From NCBI RefSeq assembly GCF_963506605.1, contig NC_083294.1, positions 9,610,001 through 9,674,000 of the forward strand: 64,000 nt of DNA, in the 5' to 3' direction. The stretch comes from Zootoca vivipara (taxonomy: Eukaryota). Every line of letters starts with the position of its first letter. Positions within the stretch are counted from its first letter, which is position 1. Positions 11,801 through 23,194 of the stretch are shown piece by piece. The position numbers were made by a program, and so were the translations under genes. The notes under the pieces were generated by a model. That model did no database searches and was not told the DNA's origin. It saw only the letters and a program-made list of their open reading frames with translations.

Positions 11801-14800
11801 TTCAGGTAGAGATTCTGGAGAGCTGCTGACATTCAAGAGTGCTGGACTAGATGGACGAATGCTCTGACTCAATAAACCTTCCTATGTCTCTATACTCTGG
11901 CACAAGTCAATAAGCATTTATTTTCCACCCCATATTATCAAACCAACAGAAGAACACAGGAAGCTGCCTTATATAAAGTCATTTCACAGGGGTTCATCAG
12001 TGCTGTCAACACTGCCGTGCAGCAGGTCTCCAGGGTATTAGGAAGGGACAATTCCAGCCCTACCTGAAGATGCTGGAGAATGAACCTAGGCTCTTCCTGC
12101 ACGCAAAGGAGATGCTCTGCCACTGAAGTATTGCCCTACCTTTGTTTGTGGAGCAGAAGACTTACCCCAAACCAAGATGCTTGAATGTCTCCCAACCTTA
12201 ATTCCGGGTTGCTAACTTTCTTTAGGCTCGGAATAGCCGGTGAACTGTAGCCAAGAACAAATCCAAAGCTTAGTGGTCCCAGCACAGCAGCAAACGTAGC
12301 CAGGAAGAGATTCTGATTTTGGACCTTGCTGCACAAGAAGCAAAAAATGAAAAATGTGGGGAGGAGACACACACACAAACCACCACCCTTTCTTGCAGGC
12401 CATGCAGCTCAGCAGACACCTGAAAACATCACACGCTTTTGTTTCAGATCTTTCAATTGCAGATGCAGATGTATTAGTGCTTCCGCTGACCCTTCCTTTT
12501 GAAAGAAACTGTTTAAGAACATAAGAACAGTCTGCTGGATCAGGCCAATGGTCCACCTATTCCAGCATCCTGTTCTCACAGCGACCAATCAGATGTCCTT
12601 GGGAAGCACACAAGCAAGACCTGAGTACCACAGTGTTCTCTCTAGCTGTGATTCCCAGCAACTGGCATTCAGAGGCATGTGACAGTGGAGGAAGAACGTA
12701 TAGCTACTGCAGCTGGTAGCCACAGATAGCCACAGCCTTCATGAATTTGTCCGATCCTCTTTTAAAGCCATCCAAGTTGGTGGCCATCACTACTTCTATT
12801 TAGTTCAGCACCCAAACACACAAATATTTAAGCATGCCGGAAACTGCCTTATACCAAGTCAGACCATTACACTGACTGGCAGCTGGCCTCCAGGGATTGA
12901 GATGGGGGACACATCCCAGTTCCACCAAGGGGCATTGCCAGAGTTAAAGGACTAATTCCTACCAGGCAAAAATATTATGGGTGCGAAGCAGGGCTGGGAG
13001 GGGTGGGGGACATATGGCCAGAGAATAGTTCAAGAATAGTTCCAAGGGCCAAATGAAAAGGCCACATTCCCCAGCCCTTGTGCAAGACACTAGAAAGGGA
13101 CGTGCTGTGTGGCTCCCACTCAATTATCAAGGCACAGCTGTGGCAATAAGATGTGATTAGGGAAAACTGATAACTGATAACGTCTTCTCTATTGGTGATA
13201 CTGTCTCCCAGCAGATAAAAAGTTACCACTGTGGCGGGAAGGTAAATGGAGTTTCCATGCGCTCTGGCACTCGTCACGGTCTTCCTTGCATCAGTAGCAG
13301 TTTAGTCATGCTAGCCACATGACCCGGAAATCTGTCTGTGGACAAATGCCAGCTCCCTCGGCCTGAAAAGCAAGATGAGTGCTGCACCCCATAGTCGCCT
13401 TAGACTGGACTTAACCATCCAGAGGTCCTTTACCTTTACCTTTTACTGTCTCCCAATAGGTCCCATTCGTAAAGCTGGTTCAGTAAATGGCTGTAAAGGG
13501 GCCCCTGACCATCAGGTCCAGTCATGTCCGACTCTGGGGTTGTGGCGCTCATCTCGCTCTATAGGCCGAGGGAGCCGACGTTTGTCCGCAGACAGCTTCC
13601 AGGTCATGTGGCCAGCATGACAAAGCTGCTTCTGGCGAACCAGAGTAGCGCACAGAAACGCTGTTTACCTTCCCGCTGGAGCGGTCCCTATTTATCTACT
13701 TGCACTTTGATGTGCTTTCGAACTGCTAGGTGGGCAGGAGCTGGGACCGAGCAACGGGAGCTCACCCTGTTGCAGGGATTCGAACCGCCGACCTTCTGAT
13801 CAGCAAGCCCTAGACTCTGTGGTGTAACCCACAGCGCCACCTGAAATGGCTTTAAAAGCTTAGACAAATTCACAAGCCTATAAATGGCTACTGGCCAAAA
13901 AGACAATGTTCTGCCTCCACTGTCAGAGGCAGTCTGCCTCTGAATACAAGGTGCTGGAAACTGCAGGAGGGGAGAGTTGCTGCTATATTCACATTCAGCT
14001 ATCACACAAAACAATGATAGGGTCTTCAAATGGAGATGACTGACCAGCATCTTGGGATTGTGGTAGAAAACTCAGTGAAAACACCAAAAAAGAAAAACAG
14101 CAACCAGATGTTGCAGCATGGAGTGTTCCAGCCAGACATGCCCTTTTCATGGATTATCCATTCCATTTCCTCACTTCCTGAATCTCTCTCCCAGCAGTCA
14201 GCATTCCACAGATACCAAGCATGCTCAGTCGTCACTGGCCTGCTTTTGAAAGAGTTTCCCTCCCTTGGGACCCTGCCCTTCCCCCCCCCCCCCGGCCACT
14301 AAACACTCCCCCTCCAAGCCTGCTGTTATCTTGTGTACAAATGGTGCCATTTGGGCTGTGCAAGGATAGGCATGCCTGAACATTAGAAATAGCTCAGATT
14401 ATGTATTTAGAAGAAAAGTCCTCTTGTTCCAAGATTCTCAATCAGATTTGGAAAACCTCTCAGGATGATTCTGTTGAGCCAACAATTCAGAATCTGGCAA
14501 GCAGAGACGTCATTCATCCAACTCCATTACAAACAGCTGATACAGTGTGAGGGCAAAGGGGCAGAGGCTGACTATTGGACTTTTAGATAACCAACATGAG
14601 GACCTTTTCTTCTTTGTCCCTCAGTCCATATTTGGCAAAGCCTTATATGCCTGGCCGGCAGTGCATAACTAGAACAATTGTGTTTTGTTTTCCAAAAACA
14701 GGACATTTGCATTTAAAAAAAAAACCAAAAGCAACTGTACAAAAAGCAAGAACCCCAAAGTACATGGTGTAATCTGGAGAGAGTACCAAACTCTCAAAGA

Positions 14801-15306
14801 CTTAAGCACAACTATTAACTGTTTCTTGATGTTGTGCTCATTGGATAGCCACTCCTCACCCTCTCTCTTAGCTTAACCTATCCCCCTAGGGGTTGCTGTG
14901 AGGATAAAATGGGAGGGGCTTTTATGGTGGGGGCAAACCATGGACTGCATGCAGTGTTAGTCCTACTCAGAATACACCAACTGGAAATTAGTGAACATGT
15001 CTAATTTTGCAGGGTCTGCTCTGTGTAGAGTTTAGCTGGGTACAACCGAATGTGGATCACTTTGAGCTTCTTGGAGAAAAGGCAGGGGATAAATGAGATG
15101 AATTGCCCACTGGGTCTGCCCACCCACCTACCCCCTAACTGTTTCACACATGCAGAAAATTTATTCCCCACTCCTCTCTCCCAGAAGTCAGATAAATACA
15201 CATACCTCAGATAGATCTCCAGCTGAGAGGGTCTTTGAGCAGGCAGTTCTGTCTCCACCTCAGTACTCAAAAGGGGTCTGGTTTCTTCAGATGCCATATC
15301 TCCCAT
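5725..15306 (-). CDS. SLC2A8: SLC2A8 / GLUT8 facilitative hexose transporter, complete spliced CDS (10 coding exons, 1503 nt, 500 aa; 497 aa if Met at 15297 is used)
   Basis: Exons 15306-15206, 12328-12166, 11333-11127, 10733-10634, 10125-9914, 9066-8920, 8671-8563, 8193-8017, 6532-6387, 5865-5725 all have GT-AG ends and consistent phase. Motifs: ETRPLL dileucine, [41 protein letters not shown]. Confidence 0.97.
6387..6532 (-). CDS. SLC2A8: SLC2A8 coding exon 9
   Basis: [24 protein letters not shown]...TKEFHDLM; 146 nt. Confidence 0.96.
7268..7513 (-). mobile_element. Squam3-type SINE
   Basis: Minus-strand ccagtgtggtgtagtggtt..gggttcg tRNA head and ...gatatcaaatccaaactcttcttc tail. Confidence 0.8.
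8017..8193 (-). CDS. SLC2A8: SLC2A8 coding exon 8
   Basis: [31 protein letters not shown]...[15 protein letters not shown]; contains the class III GLUT loop-9 N-glycosylation sequon NSS; 177 nt. Confidence 0.93.
8563..8671 (-). CDS. SLC2A8: SLC2A8 coding exon 7
   Basis: [36 protein letters not shown]; 109 nt; translated by hand. Confidence 0.95.
8727..8855 (+). mobile_element. CR1 LINE fragment
   Basis: [37 protein letters not shown]1 RT C-terminal motif. Confidence 0.8.
8920..9066 (-). CDS. SLC2A8: SLC2A8 coding exon 6
   Basis: [49 protein letters not shown]; 147 nt. Confidence 0.95.
9914..10125 (-). CDS. SLC2A8: SLC2A8 coding exon 5
   Basis: [17 protein letters not shown]...MPETPRFLL...NAEGQ; 212 nt. 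Confidence 0.95.
10634..10733 (-). CDS. SLC2A8: SLC2A8 coding exon 4
   Basis: [33 protein letters not shown]; 100 nt. Confidence 0.96.
11127..11333 (-). CDS. SLC2A8: SLC2A8 coding exon 3
   Basis: [24 protein letters not shown]...TSLVVP; 207 nt. Confidence 0.96.
12166..12328 (-). CDS. SLC2A8: SLC2A8 coding exon 2
   Basis: [35 protein letters not shown]...ASWFG; 163 nt. Confidence 0.96.
13210..13445 (+). mobile_element. Sauria SINE 3' portion (older subfamily)
   Basis: gcgggaaggtaaa...cacatgacccggaa...cctttacctttacc tail. Confidence 0.8.
13493..13843 (-). mobile_element. Sauria SINE (Squam1)
   Basis: Reverse complement of the ggtggcgctgtggg...cctttac consensus; close to the copies at 15874 and 54122. 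Confidence 0.92.
15206..15306 (-). CDS. SLC2A8: SLC2A8 coding exon 1 (exon 15360-15206 including 5' UTR)
   Basis: [33 protein letters not shown]; Kozak-like gccaccaATGg; acceptor gtcttcag|15360; donor gtatgt. Confidence 0.88.
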
Positions 15307-15873
15307 TGGTGGCAAAGGAGAATGCAATTCTGCCCAGTAAATGATGTCTGTTCCTTAGCCCTGAAGACTTTAAAATAGAAACAAAAATAGAGAAGGGGGA
15401 GATGAAGATCATAAGCAAGAAGTAGCAAATGAAAGTCTTGTGACCTATTTAGCTTCCTCAACCATACTGTACATTGCTGCCTTCACTTTTGAAAGTGAGA
15501 CCTAACTGCAGCTGGCCAGGAGGGGGAACTGCAACAAAACTTTGTAGCGTGAACTGCTCTTGTTCAGAGTTCCAGCCAGCCAGCCATGCCCTCTTCCAGG
15601 GGACTCCATTTCCTTGCCTCTCATTCCCATGTTTTCCATCTCAACACACTCAGCATTCTATGAATCCTGAGCATGTTCAAGACTTCAGTGGGCTAGGTTT
15701 TGTTACAGGGAGGCCAGGGGGTTCCTCAGAGCCTATAGATACCTCCCTCTTGTATGAGTGGATGGTACCATTTTGGCAATGTAAGGATTGGCACTCTGAG
15801 AACTGAGAACACCATAACCATCAATGATCCAAAAATAACAGTGGGAAACTACTGTTAATAGACACAACGGAAA

Positions 15874-16226
15874 GGGACCCAGGTGGCGCTGTGGTTAAAC
15901 CACAGAGCCTAGGGCTTGCTGATCAGAAGGTCAGCGGTTCAAATCCCTGTGACGGGGTGAGCTCCCGTTGCTTGGTCCCAGCTCCTGCCAACCTAGCAGT
16001 TCGAAAGCACGTCAAAATGCAAGTAGATAAATAGGAACCGCTACAGCAGGAAGGTAAACGGCGTTTCCGTGTGCTGCTCTGGTTTGCCAGAAGCGGCTTT
16101 GTCATGCTGGCCACATGACCCGGAAGCTATACGCCGGCTCCCTCGGCCAATAATGCGAGATGAGCGCGGAAACCCAGAGTCAGTCACGACTGGACCTAAT
16201 GGTCAGGGGTCCCTTTACCTTTACCT
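15874..16226 (+). mobile_element. Full-length Sauria SINE flanked by a 94-bp direct repeat
   Basis: gggacccaggtggcgctgtgg...ccctttacctttacc; duplicated flank 15782-15875 / 16227-16320. Confidence 0.95.
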
Positions 16227-18527
16227 TAAGGATTGGCACTCTGAGAACTGAGAACACCATAACCATCAATGATCCAAAAATAACAGTGGGAAACTACTGT
16301 TAATAGACCCAACGGAAAGGTCTCAAAGAAGCCAGGAAGGCTTTCACTTTATAAAAAGCTCTTTCATCAGGCTGGGTGTGAAGCAAAAAGTATAGGACAC
16401 TGTTGCTGGGCAGGATTGTGGGGCACTGTCCTGACTCCCATCCAACACATGCAAGCAGAGGCTCTTACTTGGCTCAGCAGCAGACGCAAGACTTGGGAGT
16501 CACGATTCAGAAGTTCAGGAGCAGAGCAAGTTATTCAAAACTGGATGGAAGCACCAAAAATGTTCCAAGAAGTTTCTACACTGTGCCTGTCAAACCATTG
16601 TGCCCTCACCTGAGAGACTATCTTGCCTTGTGATGATGTTGGAACTGCAAATGTGCATTCTGTTGGGGTATGTGGATCTGTTACCATTTATAAAGGCAGA
16701 ACCTGATCCTAGAGGGCAAGGCAGCACCCTCCTGCTCAGGGTCTTGTTCAGTCACTGCCATCTCCTGTTCAGCCTCCCTAGCTTTCATTGATGCTTCTTG
16801 TTCTGCAGCAAGGTTGGAAGAAAGAGCTGGAATACCTGCTTCCCCTTCCACAGCAACTGAACTTGGGGTGGAAAGGAAAGGTACTCCTCCTCCTCCAGCC
16901 CAGATTATCCCACTTCAGCCCCCTCCCCCATTTATTCCTACTTCATCAGAACATGCCAACTGAATCCCAGGTCTTATGACATCCTCTCCAGACTGGTACT
17001 TTTTGTTTTGTTTTTGCGGCAGGTGGGTGTATTCTGCAACATGTCATTGAATAGAGCATTAGTGCTGGAATCCATACTAGATTATCCACACACCAGAGCA
17101 TTTCATTAGTTTTCTGCAATGCTTTTTCACTGTTACTACTTTACTGCCATCTATAGGGGAACTACAGCACAATAAAAGCTGCAACTGCAAAAAAGCCCCT
17201 CTCCTCCTGAACATTTGTGGTATGAAAAATTATCAGATTTCAGCAGGAAGCTAGCAGGACATGCACATGCCCAAAACAGTATGGGAAACGGGATCATGTA
17301 TAACTTCTCTCATACCATCATGAGTACAAATCACAAGGAATGCAGAATAAAAAAGGACATCTAGAGGCGCCCCATAATGAGAATACTTGGTACAGTTTCA
17401 GCTGCTCCATCTCAAAAAGGTTATTGAAGAGTATCAAGCAATCCAGAAAGGTTGGAAAAAGTGGCTAGGTGTGATGGCGTCATAGAAAAGGCACTCTGTA
17501 TTTGTTCAATCACATGCTTTCCTGTGCAGCATCAGATTTGAGCCAGAGAAATCTAGGAGCAAATCCATGCTCTGCCAGCAAACTAATGGGGATCACTTTG
17601 TGCCAGCCTCCCTCTAATCTGGGTCATCCAAGAACAACTGGACAGTCACCACCTGCCTGAACACCTTACCCCAAAAGGTAACACTTGTAACTGGCCCTGA
17701 AGCTGGAACAATTTCCAAGATCTAGGGAAATTTATTTGGGAGTGGCCTCACAACCACCATCTTCAAGGCAGTTGGGGTCGCTCCCTCTCGTGACAAGCTA
17801 TGACTCAATTCGTGATCTTTGCTGATCACCACTCTTTTGCATGGGCAGCTTCCCCTCCCCCCCCCACATCAAGTAAAACAATGGAAATAACTGACGAATC
17901 ACGTCGGTTCTGCCCCACCCAACAAAAGCCCTGACTACACCCATGCTCTTCTGCCCTGTAGCCTATTACAGTATTAGGCAAGAGGGATGGGCTGAGTAAA
18001 CAAGCAGCCAGCCTGAAAAGTACTGCAGTTCAAAAACGCAGAGGGAGCATTTGCTGAGGGAGACCGAACAGTCAGAGAACCCCACAAAGGAAGACACACG
18101 TCCCTCACTGGCACAAAAGGGAGTGGTCAAACAGGCACTATTATTTCTCTCTGGCACCACACAGGCGCTATTAACCATATCTGTAGTGCTCTTCTTGGGA
18201 GTCGTCTCACAATCTAACACCACCAACACGCCCAACGCACAAAACTTGTTTCACCAGAGAAGTCGTGGGACAGGTCCCAGGATCAGTCTCCAACTTCTTT
18301 AGTAGCAGGCCTAGGAAGACCCCTCCCCAAGACCCCTGTGGAAGTACAGAATGTGACGCTAGACTGATAAAATAGCCTAGGACGGGAGGACCGGACAGCT
18401 TGGCAAAAAGCGTGCAAAATGAAGGAACTTAGGAGAGAGAATGAATTAAAATCTAGTTGAAGTAGGGTGGAAGCGGGATAATGTAAGGAAAAAAAATTGG
18501 GGGAGGCTTTGGGCGGCGCAAACTCAC

Positions 18528-18720
18528 CTTCCCTTCCCGTCCAAGGACTAAAGCGTCGCTCTTCACCTCCAAATCAAAGCCGGCAACTACAATCTTGAGA
18601 ATCAACTGCAAGGCGGAACTAAACAGTTGGGACCACGTTTTCACGGTAGAGAGGAAAATAACAACGGACCAGAAACTAAAACGATTAAATCCTTTCCCTC
18701 ATGTGATTGTACTTCCGGCT
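18528..18720 (-). other. SLC2A8: Putative non-coding first exon of SLC2A8
   Basis: Strong donor AAG|GTGAGT at 18528/18527 in a CpG-containing region. Coding exon 1 has an acceptor and so needs an upstream exon. The 5' boundary is a guess. Confidence 0.55.
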
Positions 18721-18772
18721 TGGCCTCTCTTTTGCCCTGGAGGGAGAAAGTAAATAACAACTCTTTGACTCT

Positions 18773-19071
18773 AAAAAAAAAAAAATCCTTCCAGTAGCAC
18801 CTTAGAGACCAAATAAGTTTGTCATAGGTATGAGCTTTCGTGTGCATGCACACTTCTTCAGATAGTGTACACTGAAACAGTACACTGAAACAGAAGTCAC
18901 CAGTCCCTTCTGTATAGTCAGAGGGTGGGGAGGGGTATTTACTCAGAAGTAATAAGACAGCTACTTTGAGATCTTGTATAGAATGTCCTGGGAGATTGAA
19001 GTGTTCTACTGGTTTCTCTATCTTGTGATTCCTGATGTCAGATTTATGTCCATTTATCCTTTGGCGTAGGG
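18773..19071 (-). mobile_element. Penelope-like retroelement fragment (GIY-YIG endonuclease remnant plus terminal repeat)
   Basis: Minus-strand QTLRQRINGHKSDIRNHKIEKPVEHFNLPGHSIQDLKVAVL is typical of PLE GIY-YIG C-terminal region. Flanking 9-bp direct repeat TTTGACTCT (18764-18772, 19072-19080). Terminal repeat is shared with 60929-61131. Confidence 0.88.
18828..18865 (-). ncRNA. Minimal type I hammerhead ribozyme motif (Penelope-associated)
   Basis: Minus-strand UAU-CUGAAGA-A-GUGUG(CAUG)CACAC-GAAA-GC-UC|AUA: full catalytic core, stem II, palindromic AGCU stem III, 3-bp stem I. Confidence 0.7.
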
Positions 19072-20160
19072 TTTGACTCTCAGACATAGGAAAATAAGGA
19101 GCCACACATCTCAACAATGTACAATGGCAACTCCCGTTCTCAATTTCAACTGGTTTTCCAATGCTGTAAAGAGACCCAAGAGACGGAGAGCCGTCGGTGT
19201 CTAAATTCGAGAGACTTTGCAGCAGGTGCAAGAGAATCATGTCCAACGGTGTCACCCTTCACATTTTATATCGGTGGTTCAGAAAATGCTCTATATTTCT
19301 ATCTCTATGGGTAACTTAAGATAGATTTTTTTAAAAAAGTTTCCGTTTCTGGACGGAAGTGACCCCGAAATCCGGGGCGGGAAAGAGGCGCGAGGAAGAT
19401 GACGTCAGGTGCTCACGCCGGAAGTGCCTGTGGTAGAGTGTTTGCTGGGACCCGGCGGCGAAAGGTTGGACCCCCGCCCCCGAAAAATAAAGTGTGTGGG
19501 AGGGGGCGAGGAAGAGAAGAGGGGCAGTGCGGTGTGAGGAGGGAGGACGGCTGAGGAGAGCGGCGGGAGGGGGCGGGGCTCAGGTGGGTTGTCATAGAGA
19601 CCGCCTGCAGTGGGGGGGGCTGAGGGGCGGGGCGGGGCTAGTGGAAGGGGAGACGTAGGCCCTTTGGGGTGCAGTTGAGGAGAGGCTTCCGTTGAGGTAG
19701 GTGCAAAAGAAGTCGCGGGAGAGCCGGGATTGAGGAGGGGGTAAGGGGTGGAGAATAATGGGGTCGGGGAGTTGTGGCGTTGTGTTTTAATTATTAGCTG
19801 TTATGTATTATCCTATTTACACCTTCCTTTATTCCTGGGAGCTCAACGTATTCTCCCCTTCCCTGTTTTATCCCCACTGGGCAGCCGGCTTCATGAGCAA
19901 ATGGTTGTTTGAATCCTGGTTTCGCAGGCACGGGTGCGACACTCTAGCCCAGCCTTTCCCAACCTTAGGTCCCTCCCCAGGTGTCTTTGGATGGTCCTGC
20001 TAGCTAGGGATGAGGGGAATTGTAGTCCGGTAACATCTGGAGACCACCCAGCTGATACCACAAGACTCTGCATGTCGCATATGGCAGTTCTTGTTCTCTA
20101 ATACAGTTCTTGTTCTCTAAGGTATTGAACTAGTTAACATGGGTGTTCTCCCCACCCCAG

Positions 20161-20205
20161 GCTTTTCAGAGGCAAATTTCACATGTGAACACTATCCGGT
20201 CACAG
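20161..20205 (+). other. FBXW2: Putative non-coding 5' UTR exon of FBXW2
   Basis: Acceptor ccaccccag|, donor cag|gtgtgt, between the promoter and the first coding exon. Confidence 0.3.
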
Positions 20206-20699
20206 GTGTGTCCTGAGGTGGGATCCCTTGGCCAGCAGCAAATGTAGTTGGACTATATGCTTTGGATGTAGAATGTTCTAGACAGGTTGAATGTTGTCAT
20301 AATTACTTTAAAAGAAAAACAAATCATGTATCAGGTGGTGGAAAGGGTCATCTGCATGCAAAGTAGATGCTCTACGACTGAGCTATGACCCTTCCCCTAT
20401 CCTCCTTCTCCAGATTCAGATCCAGAAACCTAAGATGCATAGGCTGATAAAGAGTGTTTTCCATGCCACATGTGTGTGCTCTTTTATGGGAGACGTATAA
20501 TTATTATTATTTTTACATTTTGACTACACACTAATGCACAATTGTACTGACCCAATCCTTTGAAATAAATGACAAAAGTTCAGTGCAGTTTTACCGATAG
20601 GTGTGCTCAACTCTGTGTTGTATTGTGGCCAAAGTTTATAAAAGTAATCCACTTTTCTGATTCCACATCAAGACCCAACTTGAAAGAAAAAAATACACA

Positions 20700-22160
20700 T
20701 GAGGCAGGCTATCTACTTTATACCTCAACCCCCCCCCCCAATTAACATCACCTGCAGCTTAAAGCTTCAGCAAAATTAACATAACTCTGTCTAAATAGTC
20801 GCATACATAAGGGAAAGGGTTTTTTGAAGGGTTTGGCTTTTTTACAATCAAGTGGTATAATAATCTGGGTATAATACTCATTTTGAAAGCATTCAACCTT
20901 CCCCTAAGGTTAAGGTTTAATGACTCCCCATCTTTCAATATCTAAAAAAGCCTCTTTTATTATTTTGTTTATATGAATTGTAACTAACCAAGTTATGTCT
21001 CTCGGCATTAAACCTAGTTATATAACAGATTTGGAGCAAATCTGGAATTGGTAATTCCTTAACTGAATGAGTAATCAATTTTCACGTATTGGCATCAATT
21101 CCAGTTTGGATCAGTTAATAAAGTATCCTGATGTTTTACCAAAAGCATTTATTGTTTGCATCAATATAGGAATACTAGTTTGATACCACCTGAAAAGAAA
21201 ACCAACTTATGTTCAACTGAATTATGAACCGTTGTGTGAATCTATCAATGTTGTCTAATAGCACAAGCCAGGGGGTTCTAAACAATTATTTAAAAAGCAA
21301 AAGTGAAAGTGGACATCCTTGTCTAGTTCCTCAAGCCAGTGAAAAGGTGGTAGACATGATACCATTCATTTTAACTCTGGATTTAGGTGAATCATACACT
21401 ACTTTAATTCATTTTATAAAAACTAAATGAAAACCAATTTAGTTAAAGCTACCTCTATACTGTACCTGTATACATAAATATTGTTGAAAAGCACTTCATT
21501 GCCTAATGATATAATTAAAAAGTAGTCTTTATTTTTATTTAAATCTAACAAATCCACCACTAATTTAATATTATCTGCTGCCTCATTTTTATAAAGCCAG
21601 TCTGGTCATTCTCCGTAACCACCACTATTACTTGCTCAATTCTATTTGCTATGGTTGCTGTTAAAATCTTTGTATCAACTTTACTCAATTAGACCAATAA
21701 TTTGCCCAGTTTGTGTGGTCTTTGTCTGATTTGGGTATAACTGTAATAAAAGCTTGATTAAATACCTTTATCAGACATCTCTTCATACAGTTGATGAGGT
21801 TTTGTTACTAGTAGATCAATGTATGTCTTGTACCATTCAATAGGAAATCCATCAAATCCTGATGTTTTACCAGCTGTCATTTTAAGAATAGTTTGCTTGA
21901 TTTCTGCTTCTGATATTAGTGAAAAATAACATTTACCTTTGTCAATAATCTAAATAAGGTTATTTTATTTTATTTTTAAAAGCTTCTACATCCTTATAAG
22001 CTACGGCTTTTAGTTTACTGTATAATTCCATTTTTTAAAATGTTCATTAATATCTTTTGAGTTTTTATAAACACCTTTCTCCCCTCTAATACTTGGGATC
22101 ATGGTCTTATCCCACTTTGACAAAACTTTACCTAGTCTTTCGCAAAACAAGTATTAACAC
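20700..22160 (-). mobile_element. Degenerate L1-clade LINE ORF2 (RT) fragment
   Basis: Minus-strand GTRQGCPL motif at ~21310-21330; decayed GKTSGFDGFP; AT-rich. Confidence 0.7.
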
Positions 22161-23194
22161 CTGGATCTTAACACATACTTTGCAAGAACCTTTATTGAAT
22201 TTCAGAACTCCTTAACACATTCTTTGGAGCAAGTCCAGTTGGCATCAATGGGATTTACTCCCAAGACAGCATATGTAGAATTGCAGTCTAAATCCTAGTC
22301 ATTATCACTGAAATATCCCTTGATCAGATGAATTCGGTTGGAAAGTTAAGGTGTGGTCAAAAGTGAGTGGTAACAGTAGTGGGTTTGGGAATCATTAGAG
22401 CACTCTGCAGTGACTGGAGAGAAGGAGAAAATCTGGCCTCAGTGACTTATGTCGTTCTTGTTACACCTACAGAAGAAATGGCCCCAGAGGAATCCCAATC
22501 CCAGTCGGGTTCTGAGGAGCAAGCAGACAATTGGCAGCTACCTTCTAAGCAACTATCTGATAATACAGACAACTACTTAAGGTAAATATGCCCTCTTTCC
22601 CATTGAACTCTGGTGCAGGGATAAAATGCTAGGTAGGGAAGAAAGTTGGGTGGAACCAATATGCATTGTGGTCCAACTCCTTGCCGCTATTCAGCAATTG
22701 TCTTTGAACAGGTCCTCTGATAAATCTAAACCAGTGGTTGGGACCTGGATGGGGCTAGCAGCCCATAGACTTGCCTTCCCCCAAACTTTTTGGACCAAGT
22801 CTGAGAGGAGAGCTTAGAAACCTACCTGTCAGGCACCTGATGTCACATTGATGTTTGGTCCCTTGTTTTTGTTTGATCATGCAGTGTGAAACCAAACGTA
22901 AGGACTAGCAGCTGAAAATCATAGGCTTTCAAAGGCACTGCTATATTTTGCACTGGACAGACAAAAATCCCACAATTTTTGCATGTTGTGCTCAGCACAT
23001 TCAGTTTAACAGGGAGTTCTCCTTCACATTCTCCATTGCTGATTTTTCTTTATTAACTGCCCTGTGCCATGTTGTTTGAAGTGCATCTGAGGTGGAGTGT
23101 GTCATTTTTAATTTTTTAAGATGTTCATATTTGGTTTTTGAGCAGAACTAATACTGTATTTTGATGTCCCACAGGTAAATGTTTCCATAACCTT

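Larger units (their letters stand above)
18500..19750. promoter_or_regulatory. CpG-island bidirectional promoter of SLC2A8 and FBXW2
   Basis: CpG/GC-rich. ETS/GABP-type sites ACTTCCGG 18711, CGGAAGTG 19354, CCGGAAGTG 19418; perfect CRE TGACGTCA 19400-19407; several GGGGCGGG GC boxes (19374, ~19570, ~19625); divergent flanking genes. Confidence 0.8.

Noticed and set aside
15874-15960. tRNA gene
   Set aside because: A/B-box-like sequence is the tRNA-derived head of a SINE; no full cloverleaf. The same holds for the other SINE heads.
18641-19255. 204-aa ORF as a novel promoter-encoded gene
   Set aside because: Chimera of host promoter DNA and a truncated Penelope GIY-YIG piece lacking the GIY/YIG motifs; it crosses both TSD boundaries.
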